A DNA stretch of 64,000 bases from the NCBI GenBank assembly GCA_965248735.1, contig OZ252146.1:3505605-3569604 (forward strand). Direction: 5' to 3'. The notes under the pieces were generated by a model. It made no database searches. It saw nothing but the letters and a program-made list of their open reading frames with translations, and had not been told where the DNA came from. This stretch comes from Candidatus Aldehydirespirator sp. Lineage in GTDB: Bacteria > Actinomycetota > Acidimicrobiia > Acidimicrobiales > Aldehydirespiratoraceae. Position 1 is the first letter of the stretch; the number at the start of each line of letters is the position of its first letter. This document shows positions 1 to 7,936 of the stretch, piece after piece. The translations under genes and the position numbers were made by a program.

Positions 1-585
1 CGGGTGACGCGCCTGCGTGACTCGTCCACCCCGAATCACGAGTTCAGGCGGCTGCTGCGGGACCTGAGCTCGGTCCTGGTTTACGAGGCGATGCGGCAGG
101 CTCCGCTCGTGCCCGTCAACCTCACCACGCCCATGGGCCCCGCCACCGGCGTGCGCTTCGAGCGCCTCCCGGTGGTGGTGCCGGTGCTGCGGGCCGGCCT
201 GGGGATGCTCGACGCTGCGCTGGAGCTTCTCGGCGACGTGGAGGTGGCGTTCGTGGGGCTCAGGCGCAACGAGAGCACGCTGGTGGCGCGGGAGTATGCG
301 AGCACCCTGCCCGAGGACCTTGAAGGCCGCGATGCGCTGATCCTGGATCCGATGTTGGCCACCGGAGGATCGTGCGTGCACGCCTGCGAGTTGCTGCGGG
401 CCGCGGGAGCGAGCCGGGTCACTGCGGTGTGCGTGATCGCGGCTCCCGAGGGGATCGAGCGGGTCCGAGACTCCGGGTTGGCCGACGCCGTCTGCGTGGC
501 CGCGGTCGACGAATCGCTCGACGAGAACGGGTTCATCCTGCCGGGCCTCGGCGACGCCGGAGACCGCCAGTTCGACCCGCCGTGA
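1..585 (+). CDS. upp: uracil phosphoribosyltransferase, 5' end outside window
   Basis: ORF 4..585. PRPP-binding loop LILDPMLATGGS and C-terminal GFILPGLGDAGDR are typical of Upp. Similarity to Upp begins about 13 residues into the family, so the true start is probably upstream of the window. Confidence 0.9.
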   Translation, partial: RVTRLRDSSTPNHEFRRLLRDLSSVLVYEAMRQAPLVPVNLTTPMGPATGVRFERLPVVVPVLRAGLGMLDAALELLGDVEVAFVGLRRNESTLVAREYASTLPEDLEGRDALILDPMLATGGSCVHACELLRAAGASRVTAVCVIAAPEGIERVRDSGLADAVCVAAVDESLDENGFILPGLGDAGDRQFDPP

Positions 586-745
586 GCCGGACCCTGATGC
601 CAGCCCCGCAGCCGAGCCGGTCATGAGCCGGGCCCTGCCACCAGCCCCGCAGCCGAGCCGGTCGTGAGCCGGGTCCCATCAGCCTCCGCAGCCGGGCCGG
701 TCGTGAGCCGGGTCCCATCAGCCTCCGCAGCCGGGCCGGTCTCGG
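582..745 (+). repeat. tandem repeat (41,41,39,39 nt) built on the upp stop / next-gene start junction
   Basis: Units start at cGTGAgccgg (582), cATGAgccgg (623), cGTGAgccgg (664) and cGTGAgccgg (703). The first unit contains the upp TGA (583-585). Unit heads resemble the GTGAGCCAG start at 771. Relay ORFs run 582..626, 623..667 and 664..756. Confidence 0.9.
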
Positions 746-770
746 CGGTCGCCTGATTCCGGGGAGCGCG

Positions 771-1703
771 GTGAGCCAGCTTGTCGCGGTGGCGCCAGAC
801 ACCCGTCCCGTGATGCACGGCGCCTTCGTGGCCGCGGTGCACGACGCCGGCGGCGACGTGGCGGTGTCGGCGGCGGAGCTGGCCGAGGCCAAGGCCCTGG
901 TCTGGGCCGACCCGTTCGCGCCCCACCTGTACCCGGATGTGGTCGCCTCGGTCCCGGCCGTGGAATGGGTGCAGCTGCCGTTCGCGGGCATCGAGCCGTT
1001 CATCGACTATCTCGACGCACGCCTGGTGTGGGCCTGCGCCAAGGGCGTGTACGCCGACCCGGTGGCGGAGTGGGTCATGGCCGCGCTGCTGATGGGCCTG
1101 CGCGACTTCCATCTGTTCGCCGCGGCCGACTCGTGGTGCGCCGAGACGGGGCGCAACCTGCTGGGCGCCCGAATCACCGTGCTCGGCGGGGGCGGCATAA
1201 CCCGCTCGCTGCTGCGGCTGCTGGAGCCATGGGATTGCCAGGTAACGGTGGTGCGGCGCTCCGGCGAGCCCGTCGAGGGCGCGGCTCGCACGCTGACGCT
1301 CGCTCGGGTGCACGAAGCGGTGGCGGGCGCCGACGCGGTGGTGGTGGCGCTGGCCCTCACCTCCGAGACCCACCATGTGGTGGACGCGGCCCTGCTGGAG
1401 TCCATGGGGCCCCAGTGCTGGGTGGTCAACGTGGCCCGCGGCGGCCATGTCGACCACGGCGCGCTGGGTGCCGCGCTGCGGTCGGGAGCCATTGCGGGAG
1501 CGGTGCTGGATGTGACCGACCCCGAGCCGCTGCCGGACAGCTCCGAGCTGTGGGCGCTGCCCAACTGCGTGATCACCCCCCACATAGGCAACACCCGCGA
1601 CATGGGACTGCCGCTGATCACCAACCGGGTGCGCGAGAACGTGCGCCGCTGGCTGGCCGGCGAGGAGTTGTTGGGCCTGGTCGACATGGCCCTCGGCTAC
1701 TGA
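771..1703 (+). CDS. D-isomer-specific 2-hydroxyacid dehydrogenase (NAD-binding)
   Basis: 310 aa. Rossmann motif VLGGGGITRS, then VVNVARGGHVDHGAL and the catalytic-His region VITPHIGNT typical of the D-2-HADH family. GTG start preceded by GGGGAG. Confidence 0.85.
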   Translation: MSQLVAVAPDTRPVMHGAFVAAVHDAGGDVAVSAAELAEAKALVWADPFAPHLYPDVVASVPAVEWVQLPFAGIEPFIDYLDARLVWACAKGVYADPVAEWVMAALLMGLRDFHLFAAADSWCAETGRNLLGARITVLGGGGITRSLLRLLEPWDCQVTVVRRSGEPVEGAARTLTLARVHEAVAGADAVVVALALTSETHHVVDAALLESMGPQCWVVNVARGGHVDHGALGAALRSGAIAGAVLDVTDPEPLPDSSELWALPNCVITPHIGNTRDMGLPLITNRVRENVRRWLAGEELLGLVDMALGY

Positions 1704-1768
1704 CGCCCGCCTCTCGCCATTGAGTAGCTGCATCTTCAATATATTTAGTGATATTACGTTTGCAATGA

Positions 1769-2164
1769 GTGCGGGGGTCCGGTAGCGTCCCGAGCGTGGA
1801 GACCGCACTCGTCACGATGGGCGCCGCACTCCTCGCGATGGTCGCCGCAACGTTCGCCGCCGTGCTTGGGAGCATCTACGAGCTGCGCAGAGAGGGGACC
1901 AAGACCCGCGACAAGCTGGACGAGAACAACGAGAAGCTGGACGAGAACAACGAAGCTCTGCGAGAACTCGCGGCCCGGACCACGATCCTTGAGGCCAGCC
2001 ACCAGCACCTGCTACAGGACTTCGCGGAGCACCGCCGCATAGCCGACAAGAACCACGCCGAGGTCACCGGCAGTCTCATCGACGCCCGCGAGCGGCTGGC
2101 CCGCATCGAGGGACATATGGGCATCGGCATTCCGCCACCAAACCCGACCGGACCGAACGGCTAG
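1769..2164 (+). CDS. hypothetical small membrane-anchored coiled-coil protein
   Basis: ORF with one N-terminal hydrophobic helix (LVTMGAALLAMVAATFAAVLG) followed by heptad-like KLDENNEKLDENNEALREL. The upstream flank is AT-rich. The start (1769, 1796 or 1817) is not resolved. Confidence 0.45.
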   Translation: MRGSGSVPSVETALVTMGAALLAMVAATFAAVLGSIYELRREGTKTRDKLDENNEKLDENNEALRELAARTTILEASHQHLLQDFAEHRRIADKNHAEVTGSLIDARERLARIEGHMGIGIPPPNPTGPNG

Positions 2165-2179
2165 CTCCAGACCGGGCAC

Positions 2180-2227
2180 TTGACAGAATTGTCTTGTCAG
2201 TGCAAACTAGTTTGTATTGCAAACTAG
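2180..2227 (+). promoter_or_regulatory. candidate promoter/operator of the membrane-protein + wHTH operon
   Basis: TTGACA at 2180-2185. Perfect 12-bp palindrome CAAACTAGTTTG at 2203-2214, with its half-site repeated (TTGCAAACTAG) at 2217-2227. AGGAGG at 2232-2237 precedes ATG 2245. Confidence 0.4.
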
Positions 2228-2244
2228 ATGTAGGAGGCGGACGA

Positions 2245-2877
2245 ATGCAGGCACTCAATGAAGGCGCTGACGCGCTGACACCCGAGGAGAGCTGGCAGGC
2301 CATCCACACCACCATGGATGAGGCCCGAAGCTCGATGTACCTGGCTGGGAGCACGGCGATCATGCTGCTGTGGGGCGTGATCGGTTCAGTGGGATGGCTC
2401 TCCCAGTACGCCATCGAGACGCTCGCGACTGAGTTCGCCGAGAGCAGGCCGTGGTTCCCAGGCCCGTTGTGGGGTGGCCTCGGGACCGTCGGTGGGGTGA
2501 GTAGCTCCATCATCGGTCGCCGAGCGAGTCGCAAGATCGCGGCCAGCGAAGCGGCCCGCCGTGCGGGGATCCGGGTGTTCCTCTTCTGGGTCACCCTGAC
2601 GGTGGCCGCGTTCCTCCTCACGGGCGCGGCAGGGTTGTGGAACGCCGAAAGCGGCGAGAACATCCCGCGCGTCTGGGTCGGTATGGCGGCACTCGGCTAC
2701 ATCCTTTTTGGTCTCATGAACCGCCCGTTGATTGCGGTCGTGGGTGCAGGGATCGCGGCGACGTTCTACATCCCGAGCTACCTGGCTGGCGACGCGGCGC
2801 TAGCGGTGTCGGCCGCGGCCACGCTCGCGGTGGCCACACTGGCCTTCGCATGGCTCCGCAAGATCGGCGAATGGTGA
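2245..2877 (+). CDS. hypothetical polytopic membrane protein
   Basis: In frame with track ORF 2194..2877. ATG 2245 has an AGGAGG RBS, whereas the track start is TTG. Several hydrophobic helices. The stop overlaps the next start (ATGGTGA). Confidence 0.6.
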   Translation: MQALNEGADALTPEESWQAIHTTMDEARSSMYLAGSTAIMLLWGVIGSVGWLSQYAIETLATEFAESRPWFPGPLWGGLGTVGGVSSSIIGRRASRKIAASEAARRAGIRVFLFWVTLTVAAFLLTGAAGLWNAESGENIPRVWVGMAALGYILFGLMNRPLIAVVGAGIAATFYIPSYLAGDAALAVSAAATLAVATLAFAWLRKIGEW

Positions 2878-3491
2878 ACAAACAGATCTCGGCGACCAGT
2901 GAGGCACCTCCGAACCACGAGTCCTCTCCTGCTGGCGAGTCCGCCATGAGCGCAGAGTCCTCTCCTGCTGGCGAGTCCGCCATGAGCGCAGAGTCCTCTC
3001 CTGCTGGCGAGTCCGCCATGAGCGCAGAGTCCTCTCCTGCTGGCGAGTCCGCCATGAGCGCAGAGTCCTCTCCTGCTGGCGAGTCCGCCATGAGCGCAGA
3101 GTCCTCTCCTGCTGGCGAGTCCGCCATGAGCGCAGAGTCCTCTCCTGCTGGCGAGGCAATCGTCCTCAACGAGACGATCCACCAGCCGACCCGGCTGCGC
3201 ATCATGACGCTGCTCGTCTCCGTGCCGGAAGCAGACCGGCTGGCCTACGGGTTCATCCAGAAGACACTCGGGCTCACCGGCGGAAACCTGACCATCCATC
3301 TGCGCAAGCTTCAGGAAGCGGGCTACCTGTTCATCACCAAGGAGTTCCAAGGCTCCAAGCCCCGCACCTGGGTGCAGGCGACCACCACCGGGCGTCAAGC
3401 CTTCGCCAAGTACCTGTCGAACCTCCAGAGGGCCCTGGGATTGCGTGTTCAAGAAGCCGCTGTCGACGACGGACGGGCAGGTGGGTTGTGA
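2871..3491 (+). CDS. winged-helix (HTH_34/ArsR-like) transcriptional regulator with repetitive N-terminus
   Basis: C-terminal part IHQPTRLRIMTLLV...GFIQKTLGLTGGNLTIHLRKLQEAGYLFI...RTWVQATTTGRQAF matches the wHTH pattern. ATG 2871 overlaps the upstream stop. Confidence 0.75.
   Translation: MVNKQISATSEAPPNHESSPAGESAMSAESSPAGESAMSAESSPAGESAMSAESSPAGESAMSAESSPAGESAMSAESSPAGESAMSAESSPAGEAIVLNETIHQPTRLRIMTLLVSVPEADRLAYGFIQKTLGLTGGNLTIHLRKLQEAGYLFITKEFQGSKPRTWVQATTTGRQAFAKYLSNLQRALGLRVQEAAVDDGRAGGL
2919..3155 (+). repeat. 36-bp in-frame coding tandem repeat (about 6.6 copies, ESSPAGESAMSA)
   Basis: Identical unit gagtcctctcctgctggcgagtccgccatgagcgca repeated head to tail. Each unit carries an in-frame ATG. 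Confidence 0.95.
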
Positions 3492-3592
3492 CCGACGGCG
3501 TCCTGGAGCATCTGCGACGCATCGACATGGTTTCGACGGGGCGCGTGACGCTCTATTTCAGCCACGACCACCACACGCTGCCGATCAAGTGA
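3488..3592 (+). CDS. possible 34-aa coupled small ORF (VTDGVLEHLRRIDMVSTGRVTLYFSHDHHTLPIK)
   Basis: GTG 3488 overlaps the regulator stop (GTGA). Third codon positions are strongly G/C. No homology recognised. Confidence 0.25.
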   Translation: MTDGVLEHLRRIDMVSTGRVTLYFSHDHHTLPIK

Positions 3593-3759
3593 CCGCTGCG
3601 GGTGCCCCGGTGAGGAGCGGCACGGACGGAGGCCGTTTCTTGCATTCGACGTAACCGCACTAACGCCCGCTTCCCTCCGGACTCACGGCCGATCAATGAT
3701 GAATCGCACATGATATTTATTGAAACAGCCTGACAGTTGTCACACCCCTATGGCATGAT

Positions 3760-5361
3760 GTGTTCATGGGTATCGAGACGGCACGACGAGTGCGGGATCA
3801 GGTGCGGGAGGGGCTCGCAGAGCTGATCCGGCTCGTCAACGACCCCTCCACGCCGATTGCGGATGTGCGGGAAGTGCTGAGCGCGTCGAAGGCTCTCGGT
3901 GCTCAGGTGTCGGTGCTGCAGGCCGACGCTGCGGTGGTGGTCTCGGCCCGGGAGCGTCACGGTGATTCGGGTGTCGGGGTGCTGGCGCGGTCAGCGGGGC
4001 TGTCGCGGCGGGACGCGGCGGGGCAGGTCCAGACCGCGCAGAGCTTGCAGTCGATGCCCGCGGTGCGCGACGCGGTGGAGACTGGCCAGATCTCTGTTGC
4101 CAACGCCAAGACGCTGGCGAGAGCTTCAGGCAAGACGAGCGCCGACCAGGTCGACGGCGACGCCGAGTTGTTGGAGAAGGCCGCGGAGATGTCTGTCGAG
4201 CAGTTCGCCCGCGAGGCCGGCCGCTGGGCAGTCAAGCGTCAGGACGACGGCGGTGAGGGTGAGTATCGGCGGCAGCGGGCTCGGCGGCGGTTGAGCATTT
4301 GGGACGGCGATGACGGGATGGTGCATCTGCGGGGAGAGCTGGACCCGGTGGCGGGGGCCAAGGTGCGCAAGCGGTTCTTGTTGGAGGCTGAGCGGCTGCG
4401 GCGTGTGGATCTGCGCAGTCCTGGCGGGGAGAAGCGCAGCCTCAACCAGCGCATGGCCGACTCGCTCGACACTCTGACCGAGCACGGAAGCGTCTACTCC
4501 AAGGCCGGAAGCGCGACACCCAGCGGACACGGCCGTGGCGGCACCGGTGTCGCCACCAATGCCAGCAGGGGCGTGAGCGAGTCTGATCGCGGCTCTAGCG
4601 AGGATCGAGGCGGCGTGAGCCAGAACGGCAAGTGTGGTGACGCGAGCCAGGCCAGTGGCGAGGTGAGCCATGCCGAGAGCGCGAGATTGAGCCTGACCAG
4701 TGGTGGCGATGATTCGAGCCGGACAATCGGCGGCGGTAAGTGCGGGTGTGGGGGTCGGCCGTCGGCTGATATCACCATCGTGCAGCATCTCAGCGCGGAT
4801 GGCACCGACGCGTTCGCGGAGATCGCCGGTGGCGGTGTGATCCCCCCGAGCGTGCTCGAGGAGTATTTCTGTAACGCCCGGATCAAAGGGGTGGTGTTCA
4901 GCCATAAGGGTCTGCCTCTGTGGCACAGCCACGCCAAACGGCTCGCCACCAAGGCCCAGATGAGCGCGCTGCGGACCCTCTACGGAGCATGCGGCGGCTG
5001 CGGCGCCGACATGTGGGTATGCCAGGGCCATCACATCAGACCCGTGTCTGAGGGCGGCACGACTGACATTGACAACATGATGTTGTTGTGCTGGGCCTGC
5101 CACCAGAAGGTGCACCACCACGGTTGGCGGGTGGTGCCCGACGGGCGGGGCCCTCACACCATCGCACCGCCTGAGCGGACCCGCTACGGACCCGCACACG
5201 CCCCCGACCCCCCGCCAGCCCACGGGCCCCCGCCCCCGCGCAATACAGCAAGACACCCCGGGGCAGGCTCCATCGCCCGGGCGGCACCCGACCGAGTCAA
5301 CCTGGCCGAAAGCCCCTTGGCCGAAGCCCAGCAGCCCGAGCCGCTGTTCACCCTCGCCTAG
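3760..5361 (+). CDS. DUF222 / HNH endonuclease family protein (REP13E12-like)
   Basis: 533 aa. The N-terminal helical region is typical of DUF222. The C-terminal HNH motif is CGGCGADMWVCQGHHIRPVSEGGTTDIDNMMLLCWACHQKVHH. AT-rich upstream flank. Confidence 0.85.
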   Translation: MFMGIETARRVRDQVREGLAELIRLVNDPSTPIADVREVLSASKALGAQVSVLQADAAVVVSARERHGDSGVGVLARSAGLSRRDAAGQVQTAQSLQSMPAVRDAVETGQISVANAKTLARASGKTSADQVDGDAELLEKAAEMSVEQFAREAGRWAVKRQDDGGEGEYRRQRARRRLSIWDGDDGMVHLRGELDPVAGAKVRKRFLLEAERLRRVDLRSPGGEKRSLNQRMADSLDTLTEHGSVYSKAGSATPSGHGRGGTGVATNASRGVSESDRGSSEDRGGVSQNGKCGDASQASGEVSHAESARLSLTSGGDDSSRTIGGGKCGCGGRPSADITIVQHLSADGTDAFAEIAGGGVIPPSVLEEYFCNARIKGVVFSHKGLPLWHSHAKRLATKAQMSALRTLYGACGGCGADMWVCQGHHIRPVSEGGTTDIDNMMLLCWACHQKVHHHGWRVVPDGRGPHTIAPPERTRYGPAHAPDPPPAHGPPPPRNTARHPGAGSIARAAPDRVNLAESPLAEAQQPEPLFTLA

Positions 5362-5443
5362 CAGCCGGGTAGCACACCCTGGCAGAGCCAACCGAAGCGG
5401 CAGGCGGTTCACGAGCCAACCCGGCCACCGACCAGCCGTAGCT

Positions 5444-6052
5444 CTAGCGGTCGCGCTGTCTTGCGCCGAGGTAGCGCACGCCGAGCCAGGATCCGACCAT
5501 GCCTCCTGCGGTGGACAGGGCCAGGTCGCCGACGGTGTCGCCGTAGGTGAGAGCCAGCCCGCCGCCGGCGCCGGTCTCGGCCACGATCCACTCTGCGATC
5601 TCCCAGCCGACGATGGCCAGCGCGCCTATGCCCGCCCCCAGCAGCCATGCGTCGGCACCCGACATGGCTTCGACCGAGCCGCCCCGGCGATAGCGCCAGG
5701 CGTGGAACGCAGCCACCAGCAGCACCCAGTTGAGGGTGTGCAGCACGTCGTCGGTGACGTCGAACGAGTCGTAGAGGCCGACCAGGTTGCCCAGCGTGTC
5801 CAGCAGGAACGGCGCCACCACCAGCACGTCTGCGGTCGCCGGATAGGGCGAGAAGCGCCGCCGCCACGCCAGCGGCACCACCGCGGCCGACAGCATGAAC
5901 AGCGGGAACCGGAAGGCCATGCCCTTGCCCTCGAGTTGCTCCAGCGGCACCGTCAGCGCCACCACGAACGCCAGCGCCAGCGCGGCCTTCATCCCCACGG
6001 CGGCTGAGACCGCCCACCGGCCGGCGTCCAGTCGTTCCGCTTCGACGCTCAC
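5444..6052 (-). CDS. hypothetical membrane protein, paralog A
   Basis: In frame with track ORF 5444..6412. GTG 6052 chosen by alignment with paralog B (VSVEAERLDAGRWAVSAAVGMKAAL versus MGTGAERLDATRWATQAAVGMKAAL). About 5-6 hydrophobic helices. Confidence 0.65.
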   Translation of the reverse strand: MSVEAERLDAGRWAVSAAVGMKAALALAFVVALTVPLEQLEGKGMAFRFPLFMLSAAVVPLAWRRRFSPYPATADVLVVAPFLLDTLGNLVGLYDSFDVTDDVLHTLNWVLLVAAFHAWRYRRGGSVEAMSGADAWLLGAGIGALAIVGWEIAEWIVAETGAGGGLALTYGDTVGDLALSTAGGMVGSWLGVRYLGARQRDR

Positions 6053-6104
6053 GAGCCGCAACCCTAGATCGCGGGGCCGAGCTTGAAGTCGCGCGCCGCC
6101 ACGG

Positions 6105-6719
6105 TCACGCCGGGCCCGGCCGATTTTGGGGACCCAGGAACCGGACGCCGAGCCAGGAGCCGACCATCCCGCCCGCGGTGGAAGAGGCCAGATCGCCCAC
6201 TGTGTCGCCGTAGGTGAGCGGGATCCCGAAGTCGAAGCCGGCCTCAACCACGGCCCACTCGGCCACCTCCCAGCCGACGATGGCCAGGGCCCCGATACCT
6301 GCGCCGAGCAGCCACCAGTCCCTCCGCGACCCTCCCTCGCCGCCGAGTCGGCGGAACCGCCAGGCGTGGAACGCCAGCACCACCAGCAACCCGCTGAGCC
6401 CGTGGACCACATCGTCGGTGGCGCCGAAGGCGTCGTAGAACCCGGCGATGTTGGCGAGCGCGTCCGCCAGGAACGGCGCCACCAGCAGGGTGTCAGCCCC
6501 GGCCGGATACGGCGAGAAACGCCGCCACCCCCACGCCAGGGGCACCACCATCGTCGACAGCATGAACAGCGGGAACCGCAAGGCCATGCCCTTGTCTGCG
6601 AGATGGTCCAGCGGCACCGTCAGCGCCACCACGAACGCCAGCACCAGTGCGGCCTTCATCCCCACCGCAGCCTGTGTCGCCCAGCGGGTGGCGTCCAACC
6701 GTTCCGCACCGGTGCCCAC
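6105..6719 (-). CDS. hypothetical membrane protein, paralog B
   Basis: 204 aa, collinear with paralog A along its full length (shared ...FPLFMLS..VVPLAW..RFSPYPA.AD.L.VAPFL.D...TYGDTVGDLA.STAGGMVGSWLGVR). Confidence 0.65.
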   Translation of the reverse strand: MGTGAERLDATRWATQAAVGMKAALVLAFVVALTVPLDHLADKGMALRFPLFMLSTMVVPLAWGWRRFSPYPAGADTLLVAPFLADALANIAGFYDAFGATDDVVHGLSGLLVVLAFHAWRFRRLGGEGGSRRDWWLLGAGIGALAIVGWEVAEWAVVEAGFDFGIPLTYGDTVGDLASSTAGGMVGSWLGVRFLGPQNRPGPA

Positions 6720-6799
6720 TGCCGAACCCTAGGCCGTGCCGCCCCAATCGGCCGGGTGCAACCCGGCCAGGCCGGGGCGGCAACCTCGGAGACGATCCT

Positions 6800-6960
6800 G
6801 GACCGAGCTGTGGAGCCTGCCGACTGCGTGATCATGCCCCGCATCGCCAACACGCTCGAGATGGGCCTGCCGCTGATGACCAGCAGGGTGCGCGAGAACG
6901 CCCACCACTGGCTGTTCCGCGAAGAACCCCTAGGCCAAGCCGACGTCACACCATCATTGA
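6800..6960 (+). pseudogene. decayed copy of the 3' end of the 2-hydroxyacid dehydrogenase gene (771..1703)
   Basis: 6803-6950 aligns with 1540-1690 at DNA level (shared ccgagctgtgg, ctgcgtgatca, atggg.ctgccgctgat.acca.c.gggtgcgcgagaacg). It translates as DCVIMPRIANTLEMGLPLMTSRVRENAHHW versus NCVITPHIGNTRDMGLPLITNRVRENVRRW. The frame is broken upstream and the catalytic His is replaced. Confidence 0.6.
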
Positions 6961-7010
6961 TCCATCCAGCGATGACGGGGCAAAGACCTGCCGCCAGACC
7001 GTTAAGACTC

Positions 7011-7859
7011 TCAGGCCAGGAGGCTCCGCAACTCGGCCAGGCGCGGGGCTACCACCTCCGCGATGCTCCTGGCCCGCTCGGTCGGCGGGGCCAGAGCGGC
7101 CTCCCCCCAGAGGGCTCGTCCGGCCATGAACCCGGAGCAGCCCTCGGAAACGGCGATCTCCACCTGGTCGCGGTAGGACCGGTAGGAGCCGCCGCCCGAG
7201 AGCAGCGTCCAGGGCATGTGGCACCGCTCGCTGATCTCCGCGCAGGCGGCCGCCCACACACCGCGATCAGGCTCGTGGGCCGGGTCCACCGGGAACGGCA
7301 GCTTGAGCAGATGCGGGTCCATGGCCGCGAAGCGCTCCACGGTCTCGATCACCAGCTCCCGGCGAGCACGTGGGTCGTCGAGCCCGTAGAACAGCGGCTC
7401 CAGCACCAGCGGGATGCCCACGCGCCGGCACCCGGCGAGGATCTCGGCCGCCACCCGCTCCTGGGCTGCACCGTGGGGACGGTCCGGGCGGTACAGCACC
7501 AGCAGCTTGGCCGCAGCTGCCCCCGAAGCCGCGGCCGCGGCAACCGACCAGCCCTCCAGGACCCGCGTTGGGGCAACCTCCGGATCGGCGGCGTAGCCCT
7601 GGGCCTCCAGCGCGGCCGTGAAACCGACCCCGTCGGGCAGCGTGCCGTCGAGGAGCTGCGGGATCGAGTACTCGGGCTCGAGCATCACCCCGGTTGCGCC
7701 CTCAGCCAGCGCGCCCACCAGCTCACGCTTGAGACCGGTTATGGCATCGGCGCCGACCGAGTCCGGATCGTCAGGGGCCAGCACGGCCCGAAGGGAGTCC
7801 CGGTGATCGATGGCGAGCACCGCGAAGCGCCCGCCGTCGGAGATGCCGTCCAGGCTCAC
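7011..7859 (-). CDS. class I (LacD/YihT-type) aldolase, probable 5-dehydro-2-deoxyphosphogluconate aldolase of the iol pathway
   Basis: 282 aa. N-terminal FAVLAIDHRDSLR resembles the LacD/YihT family motif. It is the last gene of the iol operon. The functional assignment is by context. Confidence 0.7.
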   Translation of the reverse strand: MSLDGISDGGRFAVLAIDHRDSLRAVLAPDDPDSVGADAITGLKRELVGALAEGATGVMLEPEYSIPQLLDGTLPDGVGFTAALEAQGYAADPEVAPTRVLEGWSVAAAAASGAAAAKLLVLYRPDRPHGAAQERVAAEILAGCRRVGIPLVLEPLFYGLDDPRARRELVIETVERFAAMDPHLLKLPFPVDPAHEPDRGVWAAACAEISERCHMPWTLLSGGGSYRSYRDQVEIAVSEGCSGFMAGRALWGEAALAPPTERARSIAEVVAPRLAELRSLLA

Positions 7860-7936
7860 AGCAACCCCCAGCCGCTCGATGCTCCGTGCGGGCCCACAAC
7901 CGCACTCCCGCCGCCCACAACCAGACAGGGGCTCAC
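7856..7936 (-). other. 26-codon relay ORF bridging iolB stop and aldolase start
   Basis: GTG 7936-7934 overlaps the iolB TGA (7935-7933). Its TGA 7858-7856 overlaps the aldolase GTG (7859-7857). It contains a decayed junction copy (GGAGTGCGGTTGTGGGCC versus GGAGTGCGGCGGTGAGCC). Confidence 0.4.

Noticed and set aside
3760-5361. Calling the DUF222-HNH gene, or the 1.7-6.8 kb block, an active mobile element
   Set aside because: No integrase or transposase, no terminal inverted repeats, and no clear target duplication. HNH/DUF222 proteins are not recombinases. Reported only as a possible decayed island.
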